Notes under the pieces: generated by a model | The model's input: the letters and a program-made list of their open reading frames with translations, nothing else | What the model was told of the DNA's origin: nothing | The model's database searches: none | Program-made: the position numbers and the translations under genes | In this document: in pieces, positions 10,168-20,005 of the stretch | Numbering within the stretch: position 1 is the stretch's first letter | Layout: each line of letters starts with the position of its first letter | DNA from: Candidatus Latescibacterota bacterium | GTDB taxonomy: Bacteria > Latescibacterota > UBA2968 > UBA8231 | Assembly: GCA_965248265.1 (NCBI GenBank) | Contig: CBDFJF010000002.1 | Span: forward strand, 1,440,001-1,504,000 | Direction of reading: 5' to 3' | DNA: 64,000 nucleotides

Positions 10168-10902
10168 ATGCCCAGCCAATCGCTGCGTGAAGTGATTCCG
10201 GCCGACGCCAAAGACACAGGGCCGACGTTACAGCGGGTAAGGGTTCTTTCAACCTGGCTCTCTTCCAGCTGGGAGCACACGGGGTCCGATCGCGATGGCC
10301 AGTATGCGCCCTGGGATGCGGAAACGTTGCTGTCATGGGGGCCCGCCCAGATCGGCCACGACGGCAAGCGCCCGGTGGCCATGTGTGTGCACTACGCGGC
10401 GGCCTTGGTCAGTGCCGCGCAGGTGATCGGAATACCGGCGAGGTGCGCCGTTCTCACAGGCGGGGTGAACCAGATGAATGGTCACTTTGTCGCGGAGATT
10501 TGGGTGGAGGAACTGGACAAGTGGGTGGTGGTCGATCCGAACACGGACGCGCTCTTCGTCCGCGACGGAGTGCCGATGTCGATGACGCAGATCCAGGAGG
10601 TTGGTGAGGAGATCGGCGGGTTGATCGAATGGGGTCCAGGCTCAACGTTCCAGCGCGGATTCCCTCACATGGTCGAATTCATCCGCGACAATCTGGAGAA
10701 GGGGGTTTGCTTCGGCCATCGCAGCGTCTGGTTCCGTTCCGATCTGCTGGCTCACCCGCAGTTCTCACCGCCGGAGCATGGATCCTTGAGTTACTGCGAG
10801 ACCGGCCTGGTGTGGGAGAAACGGGATCTCGACCGCGGCTTTGGCATGTTCCCCTGCTTCGGGGATGAGGAGTATTTCGACGCGCGACCGGTGAAGGCAT
10901 AG
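10168..10902 (+). CDS. Transglutaminase-like (Cys-His-Asp) domain protein, possibly 5'-truncated
   Basis: MCVHYAA, GHFVAEIW, KWVVVDPN triad; no clear RBS. Confidence 0.7.
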   Translation: MPSQSLREVIPADAKDTGPTLQRVRVLSTWLSSSWEHTGSDRDGQYAPWDAETLLSWGPAQIGHDGKRPVAMCVHYAAALVSAAQVIGIPARCAVLTGGVNQMNGHFVAEIWVEELDKWVVVDPNTDALFVRDGVPMSMTQIQEVGEEIGGLIEWGPGSTFQRGFPHMVEFIRDNLEKGVCFGHRSVWFRSDLLAHPQFSPPEHGSLSYCETGLVWEKRDLDRGFGMFPCFGDEEYFDARPVKA

Positions 10903-10906
10903 TGAC

Positions 10907-12325
10907 TTACCGCCACTTCATCGCGGCTATCTGCCCCTGGCGGGCGTAGTCCGTCGCCTCGGCCAGGATTCTGGCTGCTTCCTGCGGTGCATGAAAACCC
11001 ATCGAGTTCTCGGCTGCAATAAAGTCGAGTCGCCACTGGGCCTTGCGTTGCAGGCTCAGCGCTGGTGCCAGATCCTCTTGTGAAGCGCCCGACGTCCTGG
11101 CAGATGCGATCGCATCGAGCAGGTCCATGAGGGCGGCGCCGGATCGCTGCAGCAGATCGAAGTTTCGCTGCTGAATTCCGTCCACCCGCTGTTTGATCTC
11201 CTCCTCGGAAAAATGATGGCAGGTCTGGCAAGCCCGGTTGATGTTGAGCAGGGGGCTCCGGACCCAGTGGTCGGAGATTTTGGTGGCGCCATCTCGCATG
11301 TAGGGCATGTGACAGTCCGCGCAGGCCACACCGCTGCGGGCATGGATGCCCTGGCTCCATAATTCGAACTCGGGATGCTGAGCTTTGAGAATCCTGGCTC
11401 CGGTCTCTTTGTGTTCGTAATCGTAAAACTGATCGCCGTCGGGAAACGTGGTATCATCCCAGAACATTTCAGTCTCTTCGACCTTCAAGCCGTTGCCCCA
11501 TGGAAAGGTCAGTTTCATGTTGCTGGCACAGTAGTACTCGACGTGACACTGACCGCACACAAATGAGCGCATTTCAGTCCGCGACGCCTCGATGTTGGGG
11601 TCGTAGGCCTCGGACCGCTGTCCCTGACGCCAGCGTTCGACCGACTGCAGGTGTGGCACCGGGGCGTCTGACTCGGCCAGCATACGGATCCCCTGAATGA
11701 AGCCAGGCCGGGTGACGCGCAGTCGCATATTCTTCGGGTCATGACAGTCAACGCATGACACGGAATGGCCATTGCCCCCATCGTGGAGCATCTGATTCAG
11801 CTCCTGGTACGAATAGGCGTAGGTCTTCTCAAATCCCTTCATGGCGTCACCGTCGCCGAGTTCCCGGTAGAGGGGCATGATGGAAGCGTGGCAATGCAGA
11901 CACGAACCAGACTGAGGCTTCGACTGGCGTTCGGTGTTTTCCTGGTCATCGAGCATGTAGGCATGGCCGCGTCGATCGCGGTAATCGATGGAGAACGCGT
12001 AGCCGAGGAACATCCGCTTCAACCAGGGGTCACGCTCAATCTTCTGTTCGGGAAGGGCCTCACTGCCACCGTGTCCACCAAAGCGCGTGCGGGTGGCGAG
12101 GGCAGTGCGTTTGTATGAATCGTATTGTCGCGGCCAGTTCGCCGCCCAAGTTTCCGGATCGGTGGTATCCTCGGTTACTTCGACGAGGCGAACGTAGGCG
12201 TTCCTGGCTTCGGATTTGCGCTCGATGATGTTGACGAGCAGTCCCGCAACCAGGGCGCTGACGATGGCTACGGTGGTGAGAATCAATACGAAGTTCAGCC
12301 TGCCGCGCTTTTCAGTCTCGCTCAT
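10907..12325 (-). CDS. nrfA: Ammonia-forming cytochrome c nitrite reductase NrfA (CXXCH variant)
   Basis: Five heme motifs CLHCH, CVDCH, CGQCH, CADCH, CQTCH; KAQHPEFE; [10 protein letters not shown]; start at ATG overlapping the nrfH stop. Confidence 0.93.
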   Translation of the reverse strand: MSETEKRGRLNFVLILTTVAIVSALVAGLLVNIIERKSEARNAYVRLVEVTEDTTDPETWAANWPRQYDSYKRTALATRTRFGGHGGSEALPEQKIERDPWLKRMFLGYAFSIDYRDRRGHAYMLDDQENTERQSKPQSGSCLHCHASIMPLYRELGDGDAMKGFEKTYAYSYQELNQMLHDGGNGHSVSCVDCHDPKNMRLRVTRPGFIQGIRMLAESDAPVPHLQSVERWRQGQRSEAYDPNIEASRTEMRSFVCGQCHVEYYCASNMKLTFPWGNGLKVEETEMFWDDTTFPDGDQFYDYEHKETGARILKAQHPEFELWSQGIHARSGVACADCHMPYMRDGATKISDHWVRSPLLNINRACQTCHHFSEEEIKQRVDGIQQRNFDLLQRSGAALMDLLDAIASARTSGASQEDLAPALSLQRKAQWRLDFIAAENSMGFHAPQEAARILAEATDYARQGQIAAMKWR

Positions 12326-12858
12326 TCCATCGCTCCATTCAGGTACACGCGTTGCGGACCACCCAGACCCACGGCCTCTCCGTGCCCGACGGACCGATGG
12401 CAGTGGATGCACTTCACGACATCGTCGTCCGTGGCGTTGAGCACCACTTCATGGACGAGGTCCTGGTGGCATTCGATACAGTTTTGTTGGAGGATCCGGC
12501 TATTCTTCTCGTTGATGAGAATCGGTTCGTGAAAATCCTGCAGAGTAAAGGCCTTCGAGTGGTTGTACCCGTTCTCGGCCTTGGCGATGTATTTACCAAT
12601 GAAATCGTGGGGCAGATGGCAGTCTATGCAGGCGGCAGCCGTATGATGGCTGGATTTCTGCCAGGAGTCGAACTGGGGTTTCATGATATGGCAGTTCATG
12701 CATGCGGCGGGGTCCTTGCTGAAATAGGACAGGCCTTCCGCGTAACGAGCAGTAAAGCCTCCCACGCCAATGAGAACACCAAGCGAACAGGCCAGTACGG
12801 CTGTGCCTGCGCCCAGGCCCAGGAGGCGCTTCTGATCCCACCGCTTGAGCGAATTCAC
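12322..12858 (-). CDS. nrfH: Cytochrome c nitrite reductase small subunit NrfH
   Basis: N-terminal TM plus four CXXCH (CMNCH, CIDCH, CIECH, CIHCH); directly upstream of nrfA. Confidence 0.93.
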   Translation of the reverse strand: MNSLKRWDQKRLLGLGAGTAVLACSLGVLIGVGGFTARYAEGLSYFSKDPAACMNCHIMKPQFDSWQKSSHHTAAACIDCHLPHDFIGKYIAKAENGYNHSKAFTLQDFHEPILINEKNSRILQQNCIECHQDLVHEVVLNATDDDVVKCIHCHRSVGHGEAVGLGGPQRVYLNGAME

Positions 12859-13670
12859 TCAGTTTTCGCCTGTATCGAGGGCTTGAGGGCATCGTAGCCC
12901 TCGGTGACCGCATCGTCAAATGCCATATCGGGAAAGGTCTCGATGGAAATGGCCTCGTCGAAGTCTATGTCTTTCAAAGCCTGCACCACTCTGGGGTAGT
13001 CGACGACGCCCCGTCCCGGAATCCTGTGTTCGAAGTCGGGCCAGGCGCCTTCGTAATCTTTGAGATGAGCGTGGACGATTCGCTTTCCCCATTGTTGGGC
13101 GACGTTCACTGGATCCAACCCGAGCAGCATGAGGTAGCAGGGGTCAAAGTTGATGCCGAAGTGCGGGCTGGCGACGTCGTCATGCAGCTGCAGGAATGAT
13201 TCGGGGGTCTCGGTGAGCCAGCCCTTCCACACACCGTCCACGGCGAGTTTGATCTCGCGCGCGGCGGCGTAATCGAGGGATTTTTTCAGGTAGTCGACGA
13301 CTCGCTGCCAGACTTCATCGCTGTCGCCTGTACCTTTTACGGGGCCGCCCATGTGGAAGACGACCAATGGGGCGCCGACCTCGACGGCCAGATCTACCGA
13401 GCCGTCAAGATCCAGAGGTTCCTCGGTGAAGAGGGAGTCGGTGAGGATGGCATGGGTGATGATGGCTTCGATGCGGAGGCCCAGGCGAGTGGCGGTGTCG
13501 CGCGTCAGACGGCGCAATTCGGGAGTAACGGAGAGTGGATCAGCCGAGTTGCCGTGCGTGCCGGATATGTCGATACCGTCGTAGCCTGACAGGGCGATCG
13601 TCTTGAGCGCCGCCTCCACAGACATCTCCATCTTGTCCGTGTAGCTGTATGTATAGAACGCGAGTCTCAT
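12855..13670 (-). CDS. Sugar phosphate isomerase/epimerase (xylose isomerase-like TIM barrel)
   Basis: [32 protein letters not shown] motifs. Confidence 0.8.
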   Translation of the reverse strand: MRLAFYTYSYTDKMEMSVEAALKTIALSGYDGIDISGTHGNSADPLSVTPELRRLTRDTATRLGLRIEAIITHAILTDSLFTEEPLDLDGSVDLAVEVGAPLVVFHMGGPVKGTGDSDEVWQRVVDYLKKSLDYAAAREIKLAVDGVWKGWLTETPESFLQLHDDVASPHFGINFDPCYLMLLGLDPVNVAQQWGKRIVHAHLKDYEGAWPDFEHRIPGRGVVDYPRVVQALKDIDFDEAISIETFPDMAFDDAVTEGYDALKPSIQAKTE

Positions 13671-13834
13671 CGTGCGCGAAATGTGGAACGTCGGCCGTGC
13701 ACCGGCAAGCCGCACTTGCCCAGTATCGACAACAGCCGTTATTGGCGTGGCAGCGGACCACTTAATCTGCGCACGTGTGCACCTCGCACGCGCGCCCACG
13801 GAAAACTCCGTGTTTCCCCGGCCAAGGACTTGTC

Positions 13835-14743
13835 ATGGCTCGATTTGATCAGATGAAAGGGGTTTTCGGCCTGTTGCCGACGCCCTATTCCGAAGACCTG
13901 GAAATCCACATTGATGACCTGCGCGCCGTCGCCAACTTTTGCTGCGAAAGCGGTCAGCACGGTATCGTCTGGCCGGTCATGGTCGGCGAGTTCTATTTCC
14001 TCGGCGAGGAAGAGCGGGTGCGCGGACTGGACGCAGTGCTCGAGGAAGTGAACGGCCGCCTGCCGGTGGTCTTCGGCTGCTCGGGGGTGTCAGTGCCGCA
14101 GGTACTCGGTTTCGCTCGCGCGGCACAGACTGCTTCGGCCGACGCCATCATTGCCATGGCACCCGATCGCTGCGATCAAGCTACGGCCATCGAAATGTTC
14201 CGGCGGCTGGCCGAGGCCTATGACGGCCCGATCATGGTACAGAACGCGGACCGTTACGCGCCCCTGCGGGGTGAGCAAATCGCTGCTCTGGTCGACGAGA
14301 TTCCGCAGATCGAATACATCAAGGAGGAACGGCAACCCTGTCCCAAACACATTGCCGAAGTGGCGCAACTGGTAGGCGACAAGGTGAAATGCATCTTCGG
14401 CGGGGCGGCTGGCAGGTTCCTGCCCGACGAATTACGACGCGGCGCCAACGGCAACATGCCGGCCTGTGAGCTGGCTGATGTGCTGTCGAAGGTCGCCGAG
14501 TTGTGGTGGGCAGGGCAGGAAGACGAAGCCCGCGCCCTGCATCGACGGCTGCTGCCGTTGCTCAATCTGGAGTCGCATCCGCTAATGCGCTACATACTGA
14601 AACGGCGTGGTGTCTTTACTACGGTCGTAGAACGGGCTCCGGCCGGTGTGCAGGCGCTGGACGACGAAGACAAGAACGAGATCTCCATACTGTTGAAAGC
14701 GATCGAAGCGGATATCGAAGTGTTTCCGGTAGGAGCGGAATAG
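13835..14743 (+). CDS. Dihydrodipicolinate synthase-family dehydratase/aldolase (KDA dehydratase-like)
   Basis: LPTPY, VMVGEF, GRLPVVFG, IMVQNA, YIKEE (Schiff-base Lys), GNMPAC. Confidence 0.8.
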   Translation: MARFDQMKGVFGLLPTPYSEDLEIHIDDLRAVANFCCESGQHGIVWPVMVGEFYFLGEEERVRGLDAVLEEVNGRLPVVFGCSGVSVPQVLGFARAAQTASADAIIAMAPDRCDQATAIEMFRRLAEAYDGPIMVQNADRYAPLRGEQIAALVDEIPQIEYIKEERQPCPKHIAEVAQLVGDKVKCIFGGAAGRFLPDELRRGANGNMPACELADVLSKVAELWWAGQEDEARALHRRLLPLLNLESHPLMRYILKRRGVFTTVVERAPAGVQALDDEDKNEISILLKAIEADIEVFPVGAE

Positions 14744-14749
14744 CAGGCA

Positions 14750-16180
14750 TCAGTTGGATTCCACGGCACGCTGCCATTGTTCGAAGTAGCCATGCAGTGC
14801 CGGGTCATCGAATCTCTCGATGCGCCCAAGCTGCAGCGGTGACTCGACATCGTCCGCCTCCCAGGCCGGCAACATGCCGGCGCCGACGGCCGTGCCCTCT
14901 GTTTCGTGGTTGACGAAGCAGTGATCGCAGCCGGCCAGCGTCGCCAGTAAGCGGCAATACAATTCATTGTTGACGAAGCCGCCGTCGATCATGAGGTTGC
15001 CATCCATTTCGAGCATGCGTGTGCTCGTCGCCGTCATTAGGGCGCAATAGAGTGTCACCCGCGCCAGCATCTCTCCGCTGGTTTGCGGCTCGGGTCCCAG
15101 AGTAGACCCCTGTCGGCCCATGTAGGGTCCGCCGGGGGCGTAGGATGGCAGCAGCATGCTTTTTTGCACGATCACTTTACGCAGGTCGGCTTCGGTGAAC
15201 GACGCTCTGCTGTCGCCGGCCTCGCTGGTGAGGATTTCGAACTCCCGGCCACCCATGTAGCGGGCAACCGGCAGCGACTCGCCCATGAGATCGACGATCG
15301 CCATGGTGTCGCGTTCTTCATTCAATCTGTCTAGGGGTAAGCGCGGGCTGATCATGACAACCCAGGTGCCGGTGGAGACCAGGCTGAAGGGTGCGGAGCA
15401 CGCCCTCAGGTAGAGGCTGTAGGCGGAATTGCTGTCGTGGATTCCGTTGTACACGAGGCAATCGGCCGGTAGACCCGTGCTCGAGGCGATTTCCGGACGC
15501 AGCGATCCCAGTGCGGCATAGGCCGGTTGCAGCGGCGGAAAGAGCCGAACCCATCCCTGGCGCTCGACGAGGCTCGAGAAGCGCCGTTTGCGCGGGTCCC
15601 ACAGATGCGCATGGCAACCCACAGAGGTGATTTCGCTGGCCGTCACGCCACACAGTCGCCAAGCCCAGTATTGCGGATAGGTGAGTAACCAGTTGGCGCG
15701 GGTAAAGTCCTCGGGGAAATCCCGCTGCAACCAGAACAGGTGGCGACCAAGATTCAATCCGGCCGGCAGGTTCGGCGATTGGGTCTCGGCAAAGGTGGGT
15801 GCCACATCGCGAAAAGCTTCAGCCGTTTCATCGGGCACTTCGGTTTCGTAGTCGACGATAGGCAGTACCAGTTCATCGGCATTGACCAGGGCTGCCGTGC
15901 AGCCATGGGTAGTCGGCACGATGGCATCGATCACACGATTTGCAGCGAAATCCGCCGCGGCCTCCAACAGGAATTGCCAGATCTTTTCAGTGTCCACATG
16001 CGGATACGGCGGTCCATCGAGACTCTCGTTGCGGAGTCTCGCTGTATCCAGGATGGTTCCTGCCTTGTCCATCACCAGCAGCACGACGTTGGTCTTGCCC
16101 ACGTCGAGGACAAGAGTGCACGACTGCTGGGAGCAGGTCTGCTGGGAGCAGGACTGACCTCGAGTCGGGGGATCGGGCAC
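14750..16180 (-). CDS. FGGY-family carbohydrate kinase (L-fuculokinase/rhamnulokinase-like)
   Basis: LDVGKTN, TTHG, GIHDSN, VSTGTW, ARYMGGREF, EGTAVGA; start uncertain. Confidence 0.85.
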   Translation of the reverse strand: MPDPPTRGQSCSQQTCSQQSCTLVLDVGKTNVVLLVMDKAGTILDTARLRNESLDGPPYPHVDTEKIWQFLLEAAADFAANRVIDAIVPTTHGCTAALVNADELVLPIVDYETEVPDETAEAFRDVAPTFAETQSPNLPAGLNLGRHLFWLQRDFPEDFTRANWLLTYPQYWAWRLCGVTASEITSVGCHAHLWDPRKRRFSSLVERQGWVRLFPPLQPAYAALGSLRPEIASSTGLPADCLVYNGIHDSNSAYSLYLRACSAPFSLVSTGTWVVMISPRLPLDRLNEERDTMAIVDLMGESLPVARYMGGREFEILTSEAGDSRASFTEADLRKVIVQKSMLLPSYAPGGPYMGRQGSTLGPEPQTSGEMLARVTLYCALMTATSTRMLEMDGNLMIDGGFVNNELYCRLLATLAGCDHCFVNHETEGTAVGAGMLPAWEADDVESPLQLGRIERFDDPALHGYFEQWQRAVESN

Positions 16181-16195
16181 GGGATTGGCGCTTGG

Positions 16196-16828
16196 TCAGT
16201 TGGCGGGTGGCTGCTGGAAGGAGTCGAGTTTGGCGTAGCCGGGTACCTCGGCGCTTCCCAGCTGTGGCTCGAGCCGGCGGGTGTCGATGATGAATCGGGC
16301 TGCCTGATCCACTGCCTGGGTGCTGTTGAACGCCTCCCCCAGAGAATCTCCGATAGCAAAACTGCCGTGCCACTTTAAGATGGCGGTAGGGCTGACGGTG
16401 AGGGCGTCGGCCATCTCTTCAGCCAGCAGATCCCACTTCATGTAACCGGCAGCGCGGATGCAATGCACCTTCTCGCCAAGGTAGTAGATATTGTTCTCGT
16501 CGATCGGGCAGATGACGTCGGTGTAATAGGATAGCAGGGTGGCGTGGTAGGGGTGAGCGTGCACGATGGCGGCGGCCTCGGTCTTGCGGAAGATGGCCCG
16601 ATGCATGTCGAGAGTGGCCGAGGCGCCTTCGACCGGCTCGTCATCGTCAACGCCGGCGAGGAAGAGGTCTTCAGCGTGCAGGGCTCGTTTGGCTGAAAAG
16701 TGCCCGGTGATCGCCAAGCGATCTCCCTCGCGCACGCTGAAGTTTCCGCCCATCAAATGGACCATACCCGAGACCACCAGCTTCTCGCTGATGTCAGTCA
16801 TCTCGGCTGCGATTGTTTCCAGGTTCAT
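16196..16828 (-). CDS. Class II aldolase/adducin family protein
   Basis: GGNFSVR, MHRAIF, IVHAHP, LKWHG zinc ligands; ATGA overlap with the upstream gene. Confidence 0.85.
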   Translation of the reverse strand: MNLETIAAEMTDISEKLVVSGMVHLMGGNFSVREGDRLAITGHFSAKRALHAEDLFLAGVDDDEPVEGASATLDMHRAIFRKTEAAAIVHAHPYHATLLSYYTDVICPIDENNIYYLGEKVHCIRAAGYMKWDLLAEEMADALTVSPTAILKWHGSFAIGDSLGEAFNSTQAVDQAARFIIDTRRLEPQLGSAEVPGYAKLDSFQQPPAN

Positions 16829-18240
16829 GGTGGAGCCGTCATCTTTCCCGGGTTCAGGATTCCATTCGGATCGATAGCGTACTTCATGCGACGGATCAGC
16901 TCCAGTCCACTGCCGAGGTAAGGGGCCACGTGGTTGCGGCGGATGTGACCGATGCCGTGATGATGAGAAATCGCGGCCCCGCATTGGAGCGCCGTCTGCA
17001 TGGCAACGTCCCAAATCCGGTTGAGCGTCTGCGCGGCCGCGGCATCGTCGGCAGCCTGACCGAGCAGAATCAAGTAGAGCGAGGTGCCCTGGGCATAGGC
17101 GTGAGAAAAGTGGCCCAAGACTTGATCGGCATGGGGTTCCAGCGCCGTCTTCATCATCTCGTAGGTGGTCTCGATCTCGCTCCAGAAGTGGGCGACCTCG
17201 ATGGTCTCGGCGAGGCCGCCGGGTGTGTCCAGGATGTTCTCGACGGCGGAGAAGTCGAAGCGGCGCTGCATCCAGGCTTCCACCGGCTTGCGACCCAGCG
17301 CTTGGCCGCCGTGCTGGTGGCAGATGTCGAGGAGGGCAGCCATTTCGGCTCCGGCGACGGATTCGAGTCCCTCGCAGCCGACGAACATGACGGGTGCCGC
17401 GAACTTATCGTCGTGCATGGCATGGCTGGACTCGTCCTCGTCGTAGAGGCGCACCAGAAAGGGTCGCAGGTGGTGTCCCATGAATACGCGCATGGCTTCC
17501 AGTCCGTCATGGAGCTCAGGAAACTTGAGGCACTCGAAGAGGCGAGTCTCGGGCAGCTCGAAGATTTTGAGATTGACCTCGGTGATGACGCCCATCATGC
17601 CCTCGGCGCCGATGAAGAGGTGGCGCAGGTCCGGTCCGACTGCGGCTCTTGGAGTATTAGGAGTCGTGATCGACTGGCCATCGGGCAGCACCGCCGTGCA
17701 GGAGATGCACAGATCCTCGATGCTACCCCAGCGGCTCGAAAACTGACCGCTGGCCCGGGTGGACAGCCAGCCTCCAACAGTGGAGCGATCCAGTGACTGG
17801 GGCGAGTGATTGAGGGTGAAGCCAAGCTGGTTGAGTTCCCCTTCGAGGTGGTGCCCCATCTTGCCGGCTTCGACGCGCACGAACTGATTGACGGTGTTGA
17901 CCTCGAGCGTCCGATTCATGGCCGAGAGGTCCAGGCTGATGCCGCCCTGCGCGAGGGGTGCTCCGGTGACGGCTGAGCCGGCCCCCCAGGGGGTCACCGC
18001 GACTGCGTGCTCGTTCGCCCAAACCAGTAGCATTGCGACCTCGTCATGATCTCGAGGAATCGCAATAAGGTCGGGACGCAATGGGGTCTGGCCCTGTCTT
18101 CGCCACTTGGCAGCCAACGGGGAGGCGTCATAACAGTGGCGTTCTATCTCTATCGCCTCCACGGACAGGCGGTCGCGGGGAATCACCGTCAGCAGGTCAT
18201 CCAGGTCGATCAAGCAGGTTGATTTGCGCGGGGTCGCCAT
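16825..18240 (-). CDS. FAD-binding oxidoreductase (VAO/PCMH family, alkyl-DHAP synthase-like)
   Basis: PWGAGSAVTG, HSPQS..STVGGWL, GAEGMMGVIT, HFSHAY, SHHHGIG, DPNGILNPGK. Confidence 0.88.
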   Translation of the reverse strand: MATPRKSTCLIDLDDLLTVIPRDRLSVEAIEIERHCYDASPLAAKWRRQGQTPLRPDLIAIPRDHDEVAMLLVWANEHAVAVTPWGAGSAVTGAPLAQGGISLDLSAMNRTLEVNTVNQFVRVEAGKMGHHLEGELNQLGFTLNHSPQSLDRSTVGGWLSTRASGQFSSRWGSIEDLCISCTAVLPDGQSITTPNTPRAAVGPDLRHLFIGAEGMMGVITEVNLKIFELPETRLFECLKFPELHDGLEAMRVFMGHHLRPFLVRLYDEDESSHAMHDDKFAAPVMFVGCEGLESVAGAEMAALLDICHQHGGQALGRKPVEAWMQRRFDFSAVENILDTPGGLAETIEVAHFWSEIETTYEMMKTALEPHADQVLGHFSHAYAQGTSLYLILLGQAADDAAAAQTLNRIWDVAMQTALQCGAAISHHHGIGHIRRNHVAPYLGSGLELIRRMKYAIDPNGILNPGKMTAPP

Positions 18241-18368
18241 AGCCTCAGTGCCCAGGTCGATAGGGAGACTGCCGTCGAAGGATACGCCCTTTTGAGGGGA
18301 CCTGGCAACGGCACATCGAAGCCGTTTCCCGGGTTCACTCGGAAGGCTCCTGTTCATAGATTCTTCTG

Positions 18369-18806
18369 ATGGCCGCCCCGTACCTGATCCCGCTTCTGCT
18401 GACGCTCGCTGCTTGCGGTGGTCCCAAAGAAGCCACCGTCGAGGCCTGGCTGGATTCGGCCTGGACACCCATTGCCGTTAACGACTATTCGATCGACGGC
18501 CGGCGTGATGGCAAGACGACGAAGGCCGTCGCCAGCTTCGTGCTGCAGGATGGAGCTCAACTGATAGTGGAGGTGGAGGTGTTCTACAACCCGCAACCCA
18601 TCCTCAGCGCCGGTCACTGGTCCTACACAGGCGAAACTTCCTTAGAGGGAACAGTAATCGAGAGGTCCATGAAGTTCTTCGGCGGTCAGGCGGAGGGTCC
18701 CAGCCTTGGTGGCAGATTTCGTCTGGACCATCAGGGGCAGCCACAGTTTCGCATCGTCCTACCTTTGCGTCCCATCAGCAGGCCAACGTGGCCCCAGCAG
18801 CGCTGA
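18369..18806 (+). CDS. Small lipoprotein, hypothetical
   Basis: Lipobox LAAC after a hydrophobic leader. Confidence 0.6.
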   Translation: MAAPYLIPLLLTLAACGGPKEATVEAWLDSAWTPIAVNDYSIDGRRDGKTTKAVASFVLQDGAQLIVEVEVFYNPQPILSAGHWSYTGETSLEGTVIERSMKFFGGQAEGPSLGGRFRLDHQGQPQFRIVLPLRPISRPTWPQQR

Positions 18807-18836
18807 AATAGTGCGACTACTGGTCGGACGCGTCCG

Positions 18837-19685
18837 TCATAATTCGCGCCAAACGCCGTCGATGTCCCGGCCAACAGGCCGCACGGCGTCTTGTCGCTTC
18901 AAGGGCTCCAGCTCTCCGGTTTTCGCATTTCGCTGGGCCAGCAGATACTTCCCGGAGTCGTCAGGCGACGGCATGATCTTGCGGGCTACTATGCGTGTCG
19001 TGCCGGCAATGCGCATCTCGACGCGTCCAATCAGGGCGCCCCGCCGCCGCTCCTCCTTTGAAAGGGGCTCCCCCTCTTCCGCACTGGCACTATCATTGGA
19101 GGGCTCGAGATCATCCGAGCGGTACGAACTGCCCGTTGCTCTTGCCTCCTGCGTCAGGACGGCCAACTCAGGCTCAGATGGACCGAAGGGCTCGGAGAGA
19201 TCGTGGTGTGTCAGGGGTTCCCGCTTGCCGGAGGCGACCTCGACAGCGTGACGGACACAGGCATCGGCATCGATCGTGCTTGGTCTCAGCCCCACTTCGG
19301 AGAGCAGTTCGCGGACCCGGTTGTGCGACTTGAAGCGGGCGATGACCATCGAACCAGAGTGCTGAATCTGCGTCGGAGCCCATCTCAGTTTCGTGCACGC
19401 CGACTGAAAAGCCCGGCGGGCCGAATTCTGGAGACCAGCAGCGACATACCGTTCCGGACTCGACCTGTTGATGGTGACGACCGAGTTCGCCAACGCCCGT
19501 CGCACTGTCCTGTTGACCCGCTGCCCGGTGATGCCAGCATAGTCTGCCTCGAGGGCTCGCTGGAAATCCTGGTGTCTGACCAGGGTGTCTCCACGCTCCA
19601 GTCGAGAGTCGATGCACTTCCACAACTGGCTGTGGATAGTTTCTGATACGTGCCCTACCACTTGGGGCTGAAGTGCAGACGTCAT
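18837..19685 (-). CDS. Hypothetical protein
   Basis: Long ORF between two identifiable genes; no family recognised. Confidence 0.55.
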   Translation of the reverse strand: MTSALQPQVVGHVSETIHSQLWKCIDSRLERGDTLVRHQDFQRALEADYAGITGQRVNRTVRRALANSVVTINRSSPERYVAAGLQNSARRAFQSACTKLRWAPTQIQHSGSMVIARFKSHNRVRELLSEVGLRPSTIDADACVRHAVEVASGKREPLTHHDLSEPFGPSEPELAVLTQEARATGSSYRSDDLEPSNDSASAEEGEPLSKEERRRGALIGRVEMRIAGTTRIVARKIMPSPDDSGKYLLAQRNAKTGELEPLKRQDAVRPVGRDIDGVWREL

Positions 19686-20005
19686 TTGTACCACGCTTTG
19701 TAGCCAGTCTATAAAATTGGATAAAACTGGCACAAAACTGATAAAAACAAGACTGAACGTCAAATCCCCTACACAGCGCGTCCCCAGGAACGGAGTCGAT
19801 GCCCTCAGCAGAGATGTTCATGCGGATCTGCATTTTCTCTCACCTTGGTAGGGTCTGCTAAATGACTGTGGCAACACATTCGTGACATTACCGGGGAAGA
19901 CCGCGATATTCATCGCCCGTGACCCGTCAAATGCTCCGGAGACCGTTCGTGATGGCAGCGGCTGCATGACGCTGCCACACGAGACCTAAGAGGGGAGTGA
20001 TAGGT

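Noticed and set aside
16124-16156. 15-bp tandem repeat in the kinase N-terminus (CSQQ twice)
   Set aside because: Only two copies, in frame, in a low-complexity leader; probably neutral slippage
19760-19833. RBS-like motif plus MQIRMNISAEGIDSVPGDALC as a gene start
   Set aside because: Continues into implausible sequence overlapping the 18837 gene; could be a remnant but is unsupported
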